Assembly: GCA_038870635.1 (NCBI GenBank)
Contig: JAVZJR010000004.1
Location: forward strand, 21,025-85,024
DNA length: 64,000 nucleotides
Direction of reading: 5' to 3'
DNA from: Candidatus Bilamarchaeaceae archaeon
GTDB taxonomy: Archaea > Micrarchaeota > Micrarchaeia > Anstonellales > Bilamarchaeaceae
The notes beneath the pieces are model-generated. The model had not been told where the DNA came from, searched no databases, and saw only the letters and a list, made by a program, of their open reading frames with translations. Numbering within the stretch: position 1 is the stretch's first letter; each line of letters opens with the position of its first letter. This document shows positions 19,187-28,124 of the stretch, piece by piece. Made by a program: the position numbers and the translations under genes.

Positions 19187-20282
19187 TTTCTACTTCTTTA
19201 TAAACTTCCAATAGCTCTTTTTTGTTTTCAAAGTGTTTTCTGACAGGTTCTATTATTTTATCTATGTGTTCAGCAATGCAATTTTTCAGGTCCATAGGAT
19301 GAATTTTTTTGTTTATATATGCTTCTTCAAGCTCCGCATAAGAATTAAATGTTACATCGCCGCCGAATTTTGATTCTCGATAAACCGTTACACTTTCAAA
19401 CTCATGGAAAACAACATATTTGGCCAGTTCAAGAACAGGATTGTCTTCTACTTGAGGGGGGCAGTATGCTTTTTTCATTTTCTCTTTTATTTCTTCTTTC
19501 GTGTCATGCACAAATATCGCTGTCCATGGTTTGCTTTTACTCATTTTAGCTGCAAGGGTTCTTTCTTCTTTATTTGTAGGATTGCTTATCTTGGGTGGTT
19601 CAGCAAGGCCCGGCAGCAAATGATGATGGATTGCAATTGGTTTCTTCCATCCTAGATGAGGGTATACTTCTCTAGCTAAAACATGGATTTTTCTTTGGTC
19701 CATCCCCCCATGCGCAAGATGCGCTCCTATTGCCACGATGTCTACTGCTTGCATTGGTGGATAAAAATACTGCGCCAGGTCAAGTTTTTCATTTTCGCTT
19801 CTTCCCATTATTGTTAAGCATCGCGAGCAACGCGCAAGCGAAATTTGAAGAGAAAAACGCATAACATTCTTCCAGTAATCATCATTGTTGTGGTAGAGTT
19901 CACTTCCTAAAACTATCTCTGTTTTTGGACAAAAAAATTTGAATGCTTCTTTGTAATATTTAGCCGCTTTTAGTATTTTATCCCAATCGCCGCCGAGTTT
20001 CTTATTTAGTATGCTGTGCCAGTCAGCAAGAAGAACCTTAGTTTTGAATCCTGCTTCCGAAAGGTCGTTTATTTTGAATCCACTTAATATAAGAGTGCCG
20101 AGATGTAAATGGCCTGAGATTTCAAAACCTTGGTAGTGTACTGGTCTTTCTTCTCTTTGTAGAAGTTCTCTTAAATCAGCTATCGTCAATGTTTCTTCTA
20201 TAGGCGCTCGCGTAACTAATTCTATTCTTTTTTCTATATCCATGTAATGAGAATTAAAAGAATTGTTTATAAAATGTTTCAT
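19176..20282 (-). CDS. tyrS: Tyrosyl-tRNA synthetase (class I; Tyr vs Trp not fully resolved)
   Basis: HIGH-type motif GHLHLG and KMSKS present. Shows LLADWHS..N.KLGGDWDKI. The start may be M14 (20243). Confidence 0.75.
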   Translation of the reverse strand: MKHFINNSFNSHYMDIEKRIELVTRAPIEETLTIADLRELLQREERPVHYQGFEISGHLHLGTLILSGFKINDLSEAGFKTKVLLADWHSILNKKLGGDWDKILKAAKYYKEAFKFFCPKTEIVLGSELYHNNDDYWKNVMRFSLQISLARCSRCLTIMGRSENEKLDLAQYFYPPMQAVDIVAIGAHLAHGGMDQRKIHVLAREVYPHLGWKKPIAIHHHLLPGLAEPPKISNPTNKEERTLAAKMSKSKPWTAIFVHDTKEEIKEKMKKAYCPPQVEDNPVLELAKYVVFHEFESVTVYRESKFGGDVTFNSYAELEEAYINKKIHPMDLKNCIAEHIDKIIEPVRKHFENKKELLEVYKEVEITR

Positions 20283-20310
20283 AAAAAAGTTAGAATGTTA
20301 AATAAGGTGT

Positions 20311-21054
20311 GTGGATATGGCTACCATGGCTTTTTCAAATAATGTTAGAAAAGAGGGAGAAAAACAGTTGAGTTTATCAAATAAGCTAAAACCACAGTTA
20401 AAAAGATTAAAGGAGAAAATAGAGGAAATACCTTCTCGTTTGTCAAATAATTTCAAAAAAGTATTATTCTTTACTTTTGCGTCAGCTGTCCTTACCTTTT
20501 CTTGTGGTAAAGAAGAAAAAAATAAAGGTTGGCCACCAAGCGGATATGCTGATCTTTGCGTACCGCCTTCTGGAGAAATCCAAAAAATATGCGATGATGA
20601 AAATATAAAAACAGTGTATCTCGCCAATGTCCCAGAAGTTTTTGGTAATGATATGAGTGCTAAAAATTGTGAGGAAGTAGTTTTTAAGGGGAATATAAAT
20701 GATTCTCCATATGAAGAATCTTCTAGATTTTGCGCTTGTAGAAATTGGTTGGAGAGAATGAATGGCGACCCAACAAATTGTGTTTATAGTTTAGATAAAA
20801 CGTGTGATAAAAACTTCGGCGCAAGTGTAGCTGTTGGTGTGCCTGGAAGCACGACAATAAAAGTTCGAGACAACCAGGATATATTTTTATATCACGACGC
20901 GTACACTGTTGTTGTTTGTAGGGCCGCAGGCTCTAAGTGCGAGGACGAAAGCGTTTCACCTAATATCCCCCCTTTGAATACTTTTTGCGAGAATATTCTG
21001 CTAGAAGTTAAGTTTGTTCCTGCAGAAGGGTTCAAAGAGACTTCAAAAAAATAA
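20311..21054 (+). CDS. Hypothetical Cys-rich lipoprotein-like protein
   Basis: Hydrophobic segment VLFFTFASAVLTFSCG, followed by a Cys-rich domain. Confidence 0.45.
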   Translation: MDMATMAFSNNVRKEGEKQLSLSNKLKPQLKRLKEKIEEIPSRLSNNFKKVLFFTFASAVLTFSCGKEEKNKGWPPSGYADLCVPPSGEIQKICDDENIKTVYLANVPEVFGNDMSAKNCEEVVFKGNINDSPYEESSRFCACRNWLERMNGDPTNCVYSLDKTCDKNFGASVAVGVPGSTTIKVRDNQDIFLYHDAYTVVVCRAAGSKCEDESVSPNIPPLNTFCENILLEVKFVPAEGFKETSKK

Positions 21055-21187
21055 GTTTGTTTTGTTTGCTTTTCTATGGGGGAAGTTGCTACCTCTTTTA
21101 AAATCTTTTGTTTTATTTTAGGTATGGAGAGAGATGAGAAAAGGGATTTTGTTTCTCATTCTGAATTTTTAATTTAGAGGTGTAAAA

Positions 21188-21817
21188 ATGGATAGAAGAA
21201 TTGTTTTGCCAGGTGAAAAGATAGCCGAAGGCAAGTTTAGGATTCCTAATACCTATGTAGAAGGAGAAAATATCTATGCTACGCTCGTTGGTTTTATTGA
21301 TGAAAACAATCGATATGTACCAATAGAAAAAAGGTACAAACCAGAACCAGGCGAGCTTGTTGTGGGTGTTGTTACAGATGCTAGACATGCTGGTTATAGC
21401 GTAGATTTAAACTTACCTACAGAAGGTTTTATATCTACAAAATTTATGCACGCGACTCTTATGCTTGGTGATATGGTAATTGCTAGAATTCGTTCTATAG
21501 AGAGAAATGGTGTTATTGAATTGACTGATATTAAGAGACTGCCAAAAGGGAAAATAGTAACTTTTCCATCAGCTAAAGTGCCACGTTTAGTGGGAAAGCA
21601 AAATAGCATGCTTGATATAATAAAAAAATACGGTGGCGGGGATGTTGTTGTAGGTACTAATGGATATGTATGGATAAGTGAAAAGGCGAATATCCCCTTA
21701 ATACTTAAGGTAATGGAACTTATAGAAGAGAAAGCGCATAAGCGCGGCTTAACAGATAGAGTTGTAGACTTCTTTGAGAAAGAGAAGGCTGCGAGAGCGC
21801 AAGGTAAGGTGGTATAA
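21188..21817 (+). CDS. rrp4: Exosome RNA-binding subunit Rrp4 (S1 + KH)
   Basis: S1-like segment PGELVVGVVTD and KH-like VPRLVGKQNSML. Sits upstream of rrp41/rrp42. Confidence 0.85.
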   Translation: MDRRIVLPGEKIAEGKFRIPNTYVEGENIYATLVGFIDENNRYVPIEKRYKPEPGELVVGVVTDARHAGYSVDLNLPTEGFISTKFMHATLMLGDMVIARIRSIERNGVIELTDIKRLPKGKIVTFPSAKVPRLVGKQNSMLDIIKKYGGGDVVVGTNGYVWISEKANIPLILKVMELIEEKAHKRGLTDRVVDFFEKEKAARAQGKVV

Positions 21818-22557
21818 TGGGCGCAAAATCTGACGTGAAGCTTATTGTTAATGGAAAGAGAATAGATGGAAGAAGTTCTGTTGATTTAAGAAAAATAAGA
21901 ATAGAAGTTGGTGTTATACCTGAGGCTGATGGCTCAGCTTATATAGAGTGGGGCGGAAATAAAATACTATGCGGTGTGCATGGACCACGTGAATGTATTC
22001 CACATCATGAGGCAAATCCATTTAGAGCAATAATAAAATGTAGGTATATGATGTCACCTTTTGCTTCTTTAGAAGAACATGGAAAAAGCGGGCCCAGTCG
22101 TAGAAGTGTAGAACTCTCAAAAGTTATACGTGAAGTTTTTGAGAATCTTATAATAGCAGAAGAATTTCCAAATACAGAAATAAACATATACATAGATGTT
22201 TTGCAAGCGGAAGGCGGTACCAGGACTGCCTCAATAACAGCAGCGGCAGTGGCTCTTGCCAATGCGGGTATACCACTGCGTGATCTTGTTTCAGCAGTAT
22301 CTGTTGGTAAGGCTGATGGCGAGCTTATTGTAGACCTTGGAAAGTTAGAAGACAATTTCGGCCAATCCGATATGCCGCTTGCCTTTTCTGCACGAGACAA
22401 AAAGATCTTGCTTTTGCAAATGGACGGTCTCTTAACAAAAGAAGAGATAAAAAGAATAATTGAATTGGCAGAAGAAGCATCTTCTAAAATTAATAAAATT
22501 CAAAAAGATGCACTTCAAAGGTACTATTATGAAGAAGAAAGAGATTTTGTTCTATGA
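21817..22557 (+). CDS. rrp41: Exosome RNase PH subunit Rrp41
   Basis: RNase PH domain (DGR..dlR.i.....l..adGSAyie.G.nk; GGTRTASI). Confidence 0.9.
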   Translation: MGAKSDVKLIVNGKRIDGRSSVDLRKIRIEVGVIPEADGSAYIEWGGNKILCGVHGPRECIPHHEANPFRAIIKCRYMMSPFASLEEHGKSGPSRRSVELSKVIREVFENLIIAEEFPNTEINIYIDVLQAEGGTRTASITAAAVALANAGIPLRDLVSAVSVGKADGELIVDLGKLEDNFGQSDMPLAFSARDKKILLLQMDGLLTKEEIKRIIELAEEASSKINKIQKDALQRYYYEEERDFVL

Positions 22558-22566
22558 GGTGTTTAT

Positions 22567-23358
22567 ATGGGTACTGAAATAAAAGAAATGGTTATGCAAA
22601 AAATGCGCGCCGAAGTAATGACTGATCTTTTAGATAGAGGAGAAAGGCTTGATGGTAGGGAATTTGATGAGTATAGGCCAATAAAAATACAAAAAAATCC
22701 CATAACAACAGCAGATGGGTCTGCATATGTGCGTATTGGTAATACTCAAGTTTTAGCTGCTGTTAAATTCGAAGTGGTTGCTCCTTTTCCTGATCGCCCA
22801 AAGGAGGGTGCTTTGATTATGAACGCAGAACACTTGCCAGTTGCCAATCCTTCATTTGAAGCAGGGCCGCCAGATGAAAAATCCATCGAGATGGCAAGAA
22901 CTGTTGATCGCGCTATAAGAAGTTCGGAAGCAATAGATTTAAATGAACTTTTCATAGAAGATGGAAAAGTTCTCGGTATCTTTGTAGATCTTTATGTTCT
23001 TGACCACGCAGGAAATTATACAGATGCAGCAACATTAGCCGCAACTGCTGCCTTGTTAAATACAAAAATGCCAAAAATTGAGGGCGGAGTTATAATAAGG
23101 GGGGAATACAAAGACTATTTGAAGCTAAGGGCATTGCCACTATCGACTACTTTCATAAGGGTAGGGAGACATTGGCTTGTTGATCCAACTGAATACGAGG
23201 AGAAAGTGCTTAATACTCGTCTTACAATTGCGACAACAGAAGAGCACGTTTGCGCTATGCAAAAAGCAGAAGGATGGGTTACGAAAGATGAGCTTCTTGA
23301 AAGAATAGATGTAGCATTTAAAAAAGGTTCTGAACTAAGAAAATTACTTACTATATAG
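22567..23358 (+). CDS. rrp42: Exosome RNase PH-like subunit Rrp42
   Basis: RNase PH-like domain (RLDGREFDEYRPI...ADGSAYVRIGNTQVLA). Conserved position after rrp41. Confidence 0.9.
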   Translation: MGTEIKEMVMQKMRAEVMTDLLDRGERLDGREFDEYRPIKIQKNPITTADGSAYVRIGNTQVLAAVKFEVVAPFPDRPKEGALIMNAEHLPVANPSFEAGPPDEKSIEMARTVDRAIRSSEAIDLNELFIEDGKVLGIFVDLYVLDHAGNYTDAATLAATAALLNTKMPKIEGGVIIRGEYKDYLKLRALPLSTTFIRVGRHWLVDPTEYEEKVLNTRLTIATTEEHVCAMQKAEGWVTKDELLERIDVAFKKGSELRKLLTI

Positions 23359-23368
23359 GTGCTTACTT

Positions 23369-23608
23369 ATGAGAAGCGAGAAGTATGGAGCAAGGATTAG
23401 AAAATTATATGATGCTGCCATAAAGGCAAAAAACACACGCTATGAATGCCCAAAATGCCACAAGAAGAATCTTAGAAGGAAAGGAACTGCCTTGTGGGAA
23501 TGTAAATCTTGCGAAGCGAGATTTGCCGGCGGCGCATATTCTTTTAGGACAGAAGTTGGTGAAATAGCATGCAGATTGATTAGTGAGTATTCAAATATAA
23601 AACAATAG
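23369..23608 (+). CDS. rpl37ae: Ribosomal protein L37Ae (eL43)
   Basis: YGARIRK...CPKC....R...G.W.C..C...FAGGAY zinc ribbon. Confidence 0.9.
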   Translation: MRSEKYGARIRKLYDAAIKAKNTRYECPKCHKKNLRRKGTALWECKSCEARFAGGAYSFRTEVGEIACRLISEYSNIKQ

Positions 23609-23616
23609 GTGTTTTT

Positions 23617-23754
23617 ATGCCCGAATACAAGGACCAAAAAACTGGAGAAGTTGTAAAAATATCAATCGAAAAGGGTTTCAAGTTTCCAGCAACCGGTGCG
23701 AAGGTACTCTTAAAATCAAGACCACCAGTAGCAAAGGAGGTTAGTACTGATTGA
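23617..23754 (+). CDS. rpoP: RpoP (Rpo12/Rpb12)-like small protein lacking all four zinc-ligand cysteines
   Basis: 45-aa ORF below the track threshold: MPEYKDQKTGEVVKISIEKGFKFPATGAKVLLKSRPPVAKEVSTD. It occupies the conserved L37Ae-RpoP-Brix slot. The C-terminal GAKVLLKSRPP resembles the RpoP G-x-[KR]-I-L-x-K-x-R tail. Confidence 0.5.
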   Translation: MPEYKDQKTGEVVKISIEKGFKFPATGAKVLLKSRPPVAKEVSTD

Positions 23755-23990
23755 TAGTTACAACATCAAGGTACGCGTCGTCCCGAGTTCGAAAAGAAGC
23801 GATTGAATTCGCTAATAATAAAAAAGCACTCTATATTGCGAGAGGAAAGAGAACGATAAATTCTATTGTTGATTTAGCTTGGAGAAAAGGGCATCATTTA
23901 ATAATCATTTTTAGGGAGAAAAATGGAAAAGTAGCAGGATTTGATGAGATTGAGATAGATCAATGGGGTGACTGGAAGTGGAAAAAATGA
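23751..23990 (+). CDS. Brix-domain-like protein, half length
   Basis: TTG start overlaps the upstream TGA (TTGA). Has an IVTTSR..S.R motif. Only 79 aa. Confidence 0.6.
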   Translation: MIVTTSRYASSRVRKEAIEFANNKKALYIARGKRTINSIVDLAWRKGHHLIIIFREKNGKVAGFDEIEIDQWGDWKWKK

Positions 23991-24250
23991 AGTACTCGTC
24001 CGAGATTAAAGTGCTTTGCAGCGATGAAGAAGAAGCGAATAATATTATGGCAAGTATTTCTCATGAAGGTAAAGGAAGTGATAGAGCAACTGCAAGAGTG
24101 AGCAGAAAAGGAAAAGAAATATCAATTAATATTGTTTCTGCAGACGCTACCGCTCTACGCGCTTTTATCAACAGCTTCTTAAGAGACCTTCAAGCTATTG
24201 AAGGAGTGGAGGCAACCGCTTCTACTTGCTCTAACAAAGATGTTTTATAA
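23978..24250 (+). CDS. pcc1: KEOPS subunit Pcc1-like
   Basis: Small protein with ADATALRAFINSFLRDL, as in the Pcc1/CTAG family. Conserved superoperon position. Confidence 0.7.
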   Translation: MEKMKYSSEIKVLCSDEEEANNIMASISHEGKGSDRATARVSRKGKEISINIVSADATALRAFINSFLRDLQAIEGVEATASTCSNKDVL

Positions 24251-24289
24251 TATATTCTTTTGATTATTATGATTGTTTGAGGTGTTTAA

Positions 24290-24643
24290 ATGGCAGATAA
24301 AGAAGATGCAGAGTTTGGTAAATCACTTGCAGAATATGAAAATCTTGAAAAGCAACTGGAAGTTGTTTTAATACAGAAAAACCAACTTTCCTTGCAGATA
24401 GCCGAGGCTAAGAATGCGCTTGAGGAATTAAAAGATGCGAAAGGAGAGGTTTATCGTTCTGTTGGTTCTTTGATACTGAAGACAACAAAAGAAGAAGCAG
24501 AGAAAAAACTAAAAGAAAGATTAGAGCTTATGGAAGTGAAGCATAAGGCAATATCAAAAGAGGAAGAAAGACTAAAAGAAGCAGTCCTTAAACTTCAACA
24601 AACGCTAAAAGAAAAGATGGAGAAGTATGAGAAAAAATCTTAA
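24290..24643 (+). CDS. pfdB: Prefoldin beta subunit
   Basis: 117 aa with two coiled-coil arms flanking a beta hairpin (VYRSVGSLILK). Confidence 0.8.
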   Translation: MADKEDAEFGKSLAEYENLEKQLEVVLIQKNQLSLQIAEAKNALEELKDAKGEVYRSVGSLILKTTKEEAEKKLKERLELMEVKHKAISKEEERLKEAVLKLQQTLKEKMEKYEKKS

Positions 24644-25583
24644 TGAGATTATCGCATATCTCAGAGATAAGAAAATTTTGCTTACTTCTCATCGGAAGCC
24701 AGATATAGATTCAGTTGTTTCTCTTTTTGTGTTAAAAGAACTTTTACCTAATGCGGTTATTGCCTTGACAAGCGAGAAAGACGAGAGCGCAAAAAATTTA
24801 ATTGACTATCTTGGTTTAGAATTTGAGGATTTAAATAAAATAAATCTTAGCGACTTTGATGGCTTAGTTGTTGCAGATACATCATCCACTACCCTTGTGC
24901 CTATTGCAAAAGAAGCAAAAATTTTTCTTCTAATAGACCACCACCAAGCAGAGGGCAGAGACATAAAAGCAGATTTTGAAATAATAGATTCTCAAGCCAC
25001 AGCTACTTCTGAAATAATCGCCATTCTTCTCGAAGATGCTGGAATGCTTGATAAGATTTCAAAAAAAGCAATCTTTGCGCTTTGTTGCGGGATTGTTTTT
25101 GATAGTGCTCGTTTTAAATCTGCGAGAGCACAGACTTTCAAGATACTATCTAAACTAATGGAATTAGCTGAAGAAAGTTATGAAAAGATAAGGGAATACG
25201 CAGAACCACCACGGAGAAGAGATGAACAACTTGCGATATTGCGTGGTTTTCAAAGATTAGAAATATACGAAATAAATGGGTATGTAATAGCCACAAGCAA
25301 TGTTGGAAGCAACGCAAGCGACACTGCATCCTTTTTAGCAGAGGTAGCTCATGTTTCTTTTGTTGCTGAATTTAAAGAGAAGGAGAACGAAACTCGTCTT
25401 TCTGCTCGTGCGGCCCATACTTTTCCCCTGCCTCTAAACGAGATTGCTGCACGCGCTGCTGATAAAATCGGGGGAAAAGGAGGGGGGCATAAAAAAGCAG
25501 CAGGCCTCTCAGTTAAAAATAAAAAACCATCAGAAGTTTTAAAGGCGTGTTTAGATGTTTTAAAAGAAGTATTTTCTAATTAA
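24627..25583 (+). CDS. DHH/DHHA1 phosphoesterase (NrnA-like)
   Basis: Motifs HRKPDIDS, VVADTS, DHH and GGGHKKAAG. Confidence 0.8.
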   Translation: MRKNLNEIIAYLRDKKILLTSHRKPDIDSVVSLFVLKELLPNAVIALTSEKDESAKNLIDYLGLEFEDLNKINLSDFDGLVVADTSSTTLVPIAKEAKIFLLIDHHQAEGRDIKADFEIIDSQATATSEIIAILLEDAGMLDKISKKAIFALCCGIVFDSARFKSARAQTFKILSKLMELAEESYEKIREYAEPPRRRDEQLAILRGFQRLEIYEINGYVIATSNVGSNASDTASFLAEVAHVSFVAEFKEKENETRLSARAAHTFPLPLNEIAARAADKIGGKGGGHKKAAGLSVKNKKPSEVLKACLDVLKEVFSN

Positions 25584-26309
25584 TTACTTTTTATCTTCAT
25601 CTTTTTGTTTGTTTCTTTTTTCTTTCTCTTCCTGATATTTCAGTTCATCCTCAAACATTTTTCTTATAAATTCATCTCGATTATTTTTATTTACATTTTT
25701 TCCATACAAATTTTTGATTTCTTTATTAAGGTCTTCTTTATTCTTTTCAGGTGAATGAATTATAACAAAATGACTATTCCACAACATTAAGATATACACC
25801 GTATATTTTTTTCCGTTTATTCCTTTTCCTTCTATATACAATTGGCTACTTTTTTCCTCATCTGCTTGTAAGTTAAACTTCCCGTTTTTAAGTATTACTG
25901 GTGAGCTACATACAATTTCGTTGCTGCCATCTATTCCATCATACAAAATTTTACCATTTTTTGTGAGCAAAAAAATTCCTTTTTTGTAAGCTAATGCGCT
26001 TATGATTTTTTCTTTTACATTTTTGTCTTTTAATGAAGCGTACTCTTCCTTACCATTATTGTTTATTACAATTCCGTAACTTATTTTATGGGGAGTTATC
26101 GTTATCCTAAATTTAAGCCCGTTTTTTTCTATTTGCGTAGTGTGATTATTTTTTACTATAACAGAGAAAATACCCTCCTGGATATTATCTTCTTTAAGCA
26201 CTTCTTTTCGTTGGAACGTAATTTCGTTTTTATTAAGCTGTGAGAGTGCTTGCTGTTGATTGATGAAAAGAAGAGTCGCGATTGTAGCTGCAAAAAGTTT
26301 TGTTCGCAT
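25584..26309 (-). CDS. Hypothetical secreted protein with a K/E-rich C-terminal tail
   Basis: Start moved to MRTKLFAATIATLLF (signal peptide). The 426-aa track ORF extends antisense into gdh. Confidence 0.5.
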   Translation of the reverse strand: MRTKLFAATIATLLFINQQQALSQLNKNEITFQRKEVLKEDNIQEGIFSVIVKNNHTTQIEKNGLKFRITITPHKISYGIVINNNGKEEYASLKDKNVKEKIISALAYKKGIFLLTKNGKILYDGIDGSNEIVCSSPVILKNGKFNLQADEEKSSQLYIEGKGINGKKYTVYILMLWNSHFVIIHSPEKNKEDLNKEIKNLYGKNVNKNNRDEFIRKMFEDELKYQEEKEKRNKQKDEDKK

Positions 26310-26420
26310 TTTCTTACCATTTTTATTTATTGTTATAAAGTATTTAAAAACCTGTTTGCTTTTAACATAAGTTTTTAAGGCTTGGTTATAAAAATATTTC
26401 AACAAATTTTTTACTAGGAG

Positions 26421-27536
26421 ATGACTACTATGAGAAAGGAAGATGTCTTTGGGTTTGAGAAGGTAGTAGAAGTTTACGACCAGAAAACTGGTATGGAAGG
26501 TGTTTGTGTTATTCACAACACTGCGCGCGGGCCTGGAAAAGGCGGCATACGGATGGTGCCAGACGTTACAGTAGAGGAAGTAATGGGTCTTGCGCGAGCA
26601 ATGACTTGGAAAAATGCTATGGCCGACCTTCCTTTTGGTGGTGCGAAAAGTGGAATAAAAGCAGACCCAACGAAACTCACTCCTGCTCAAAAAGAGACTA
26701 TTGTTCGAGCTTTCGCCAGAAAAATATCCGAATTGATGCCTGAGCAATATATAGCAGGGCCAGATATGAATATGACAGAAAAAGAGATGGCGTATATCGC
26801 AGACGAGTGCAAAGATAACCGCGTCGTTACTGGAAAGCCCTCTGAGCTGGGCGGTCTTCCTCACGAATTAGGAAGCACTGGTTATGGTGTTGCCCTTGCA
26901 ACTAAGGTTGCTGTCGAGCACGATGGCAAAAATCTTAGTGGTATGAAAGTTGCAATAGAGGGGTTTGGTAATGTTGGTACCTTTACAATGAAATTTTTAA
27001 CAGAATGGGGGGCTACGGTGGTGGCAGTTTCAGATTCTAAAGGAACTATCTATAATGAAAAAGGTTTAGATTATCATAAACTGATGGAAACCAAAGCAAC
27101 AAAAAAGACTGTAACTGCTTATTCTGATGGAAAAGTTCTTGATGCGAAAGCACTTTTCGAATTAGATTGTGACATTCTTATACCTGGAGCTCGTCCTAAT
27201 GTTATAACAATGAGCAACTATGAAAAAGTTAAAGCAAAATACATCTCAGAAGCAGCTAATCTGCCGATACCACACGATGTAGAATTGCTTTTAGCAAAAA
27301 AAGGAAAAGTTGTTCTGCCTGATTTTGTTGCTAATGCTGGCGGTGTTATAAGCAGTTGGTGCGAAACAGAAGGAATGAGCCCAACTGAGATGTTCTCTGT
27401 TGTGAAGGATAAAATAGAGAAAAACACAAAAATAATGTTAGAACGTGCAAAGAACCTTGAAACAAGAAAAGCTGCAATGGAAATAGCAAAAGAGAGAGTG
27501 GAAAGTGCGATGAGGTATAGGGGCTGGATAGCGTGA
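26421..27536 (+). CDS. gdhA: Glu/Leu/Phe/Val-family dehydrogenase (glutamate dehydrogenase-like, short form)
   Basis: GPGKGGIRM...LARAMTWKNA...PFGGAKSGI, with the Rossmann motif GFGNVG. Confidence 0.88.
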   Translation: MTTMRKEDVFGFEKVVEVYDQKTGMEGVCVIHNTARGPGKGGIRMVPDVTVEEVMGLARAMTWKNAMADLPFGGAKSGIKADPTKLTPAQKETIVRAFARKISELMPEQYIAGPDMNMTEKEMAYIADECKDNRVVTGKPSELGGLPHELGSTGYGVALATKVAVEHDGKNLSGMKVAIEGFGNVGTFTMKFLTEWGATVVAVSDSKGTIYNEKGLDYHKLMETKATKKTVTAYSDGKVLDAKALFELDCDILIPGARPNVITMSNYEKVKAKYISEAANLPIPHDVELLLAKKGKVVLPDFVANAGGVISSWCETEGMSPTEMFSVVKDKIEKNTKIMLERAKNLETRKAAMEIAKERVESAMRYRGWIA

Positions 27537-28120
27537 AGATTGTTATCATTGACAATGGCTCGCAATACACTCATTTGATAAAGAGAGGTTATCGCGATCT
27601 TGGTCATGCACCAGAAATAATAAACACAAAAATTCGCTATTCCGAAGTAGAGGAGGTTGTACGGAGTGCGGATGCTGTTATCCTTTCAGGAGGCCCGAAC
27701 TCCGTATACTTAGAGAAAGAAGAAACACTTTCGCGTACAATTGTAAGTAAAATAAGAGATGGCGAACTTAAAAAACCGTTATTGGGTATATGTTACGGCC
27801 ATCAAATGATAGGATATGTATGGGGCGCACCAGTGGCAAAAGGGCAAAGTGCAGAATATGGTGTTTGCGAGATTTTTGTCGACGAAGAGAATACTCTTTT
27901 CAGTGGTTTGCCAAAAAAGTTTAAGGCTTGGGTTTCTCACTACGATGAGGTTAAGGAAATTCCAAAAGGATTTCGTGTTCTTGCCCATTCTTCTAATTGT
28001 AAAATAGAAGCTATGGCAAACGAGGAGAAAAAAGTCTACGGAGTTCAGTTTCATCCAGAGGTTTGGCATACCGAAAACGGGGAAAAAATTCTTCAAAACT
28101 TTTTGAAAATTATAGATTGA
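27533..28120 (+). CDS. guaAA: GMP synthase glutamine amidotransferase subunit A
   Basis: Class I GATase with GICYGHQ, HPE and KIVIIDNGSQYT. Confidence 0.85.
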   Translation: MKIVIIDNGSQYTHLIKRGYRDLGHAPEIINTKIRYSEVEEVVRSADAVILSGGPNSVYLEKEETLSRTIVSKIRDGELKKPLLGICYGHQMIGYVWGAPVAKGQSAEYGVCEIFVDEENTLFSGLPKKFKAWVSHYDEVKEIPKGFRVLAHSSNCKIEAMANEEKKVYGVQFHPEVWHTENGEKILQNFLKIID

Positions 28121-28124
28121 TTTT

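Noticed and set aside
25584-26864. 426-aa minus-strand ORF overlapping the 5' part of the dehydrogenase gene
   Set aside because: The upstream 184 codons run antisense through the well-supported gdh gene and have an implausible composition. A signal-peptide-bearing start (MRTKLF, ATG at 26309) with an AT-rich promoter-like region upstream gives a sensible 242-aa gene.
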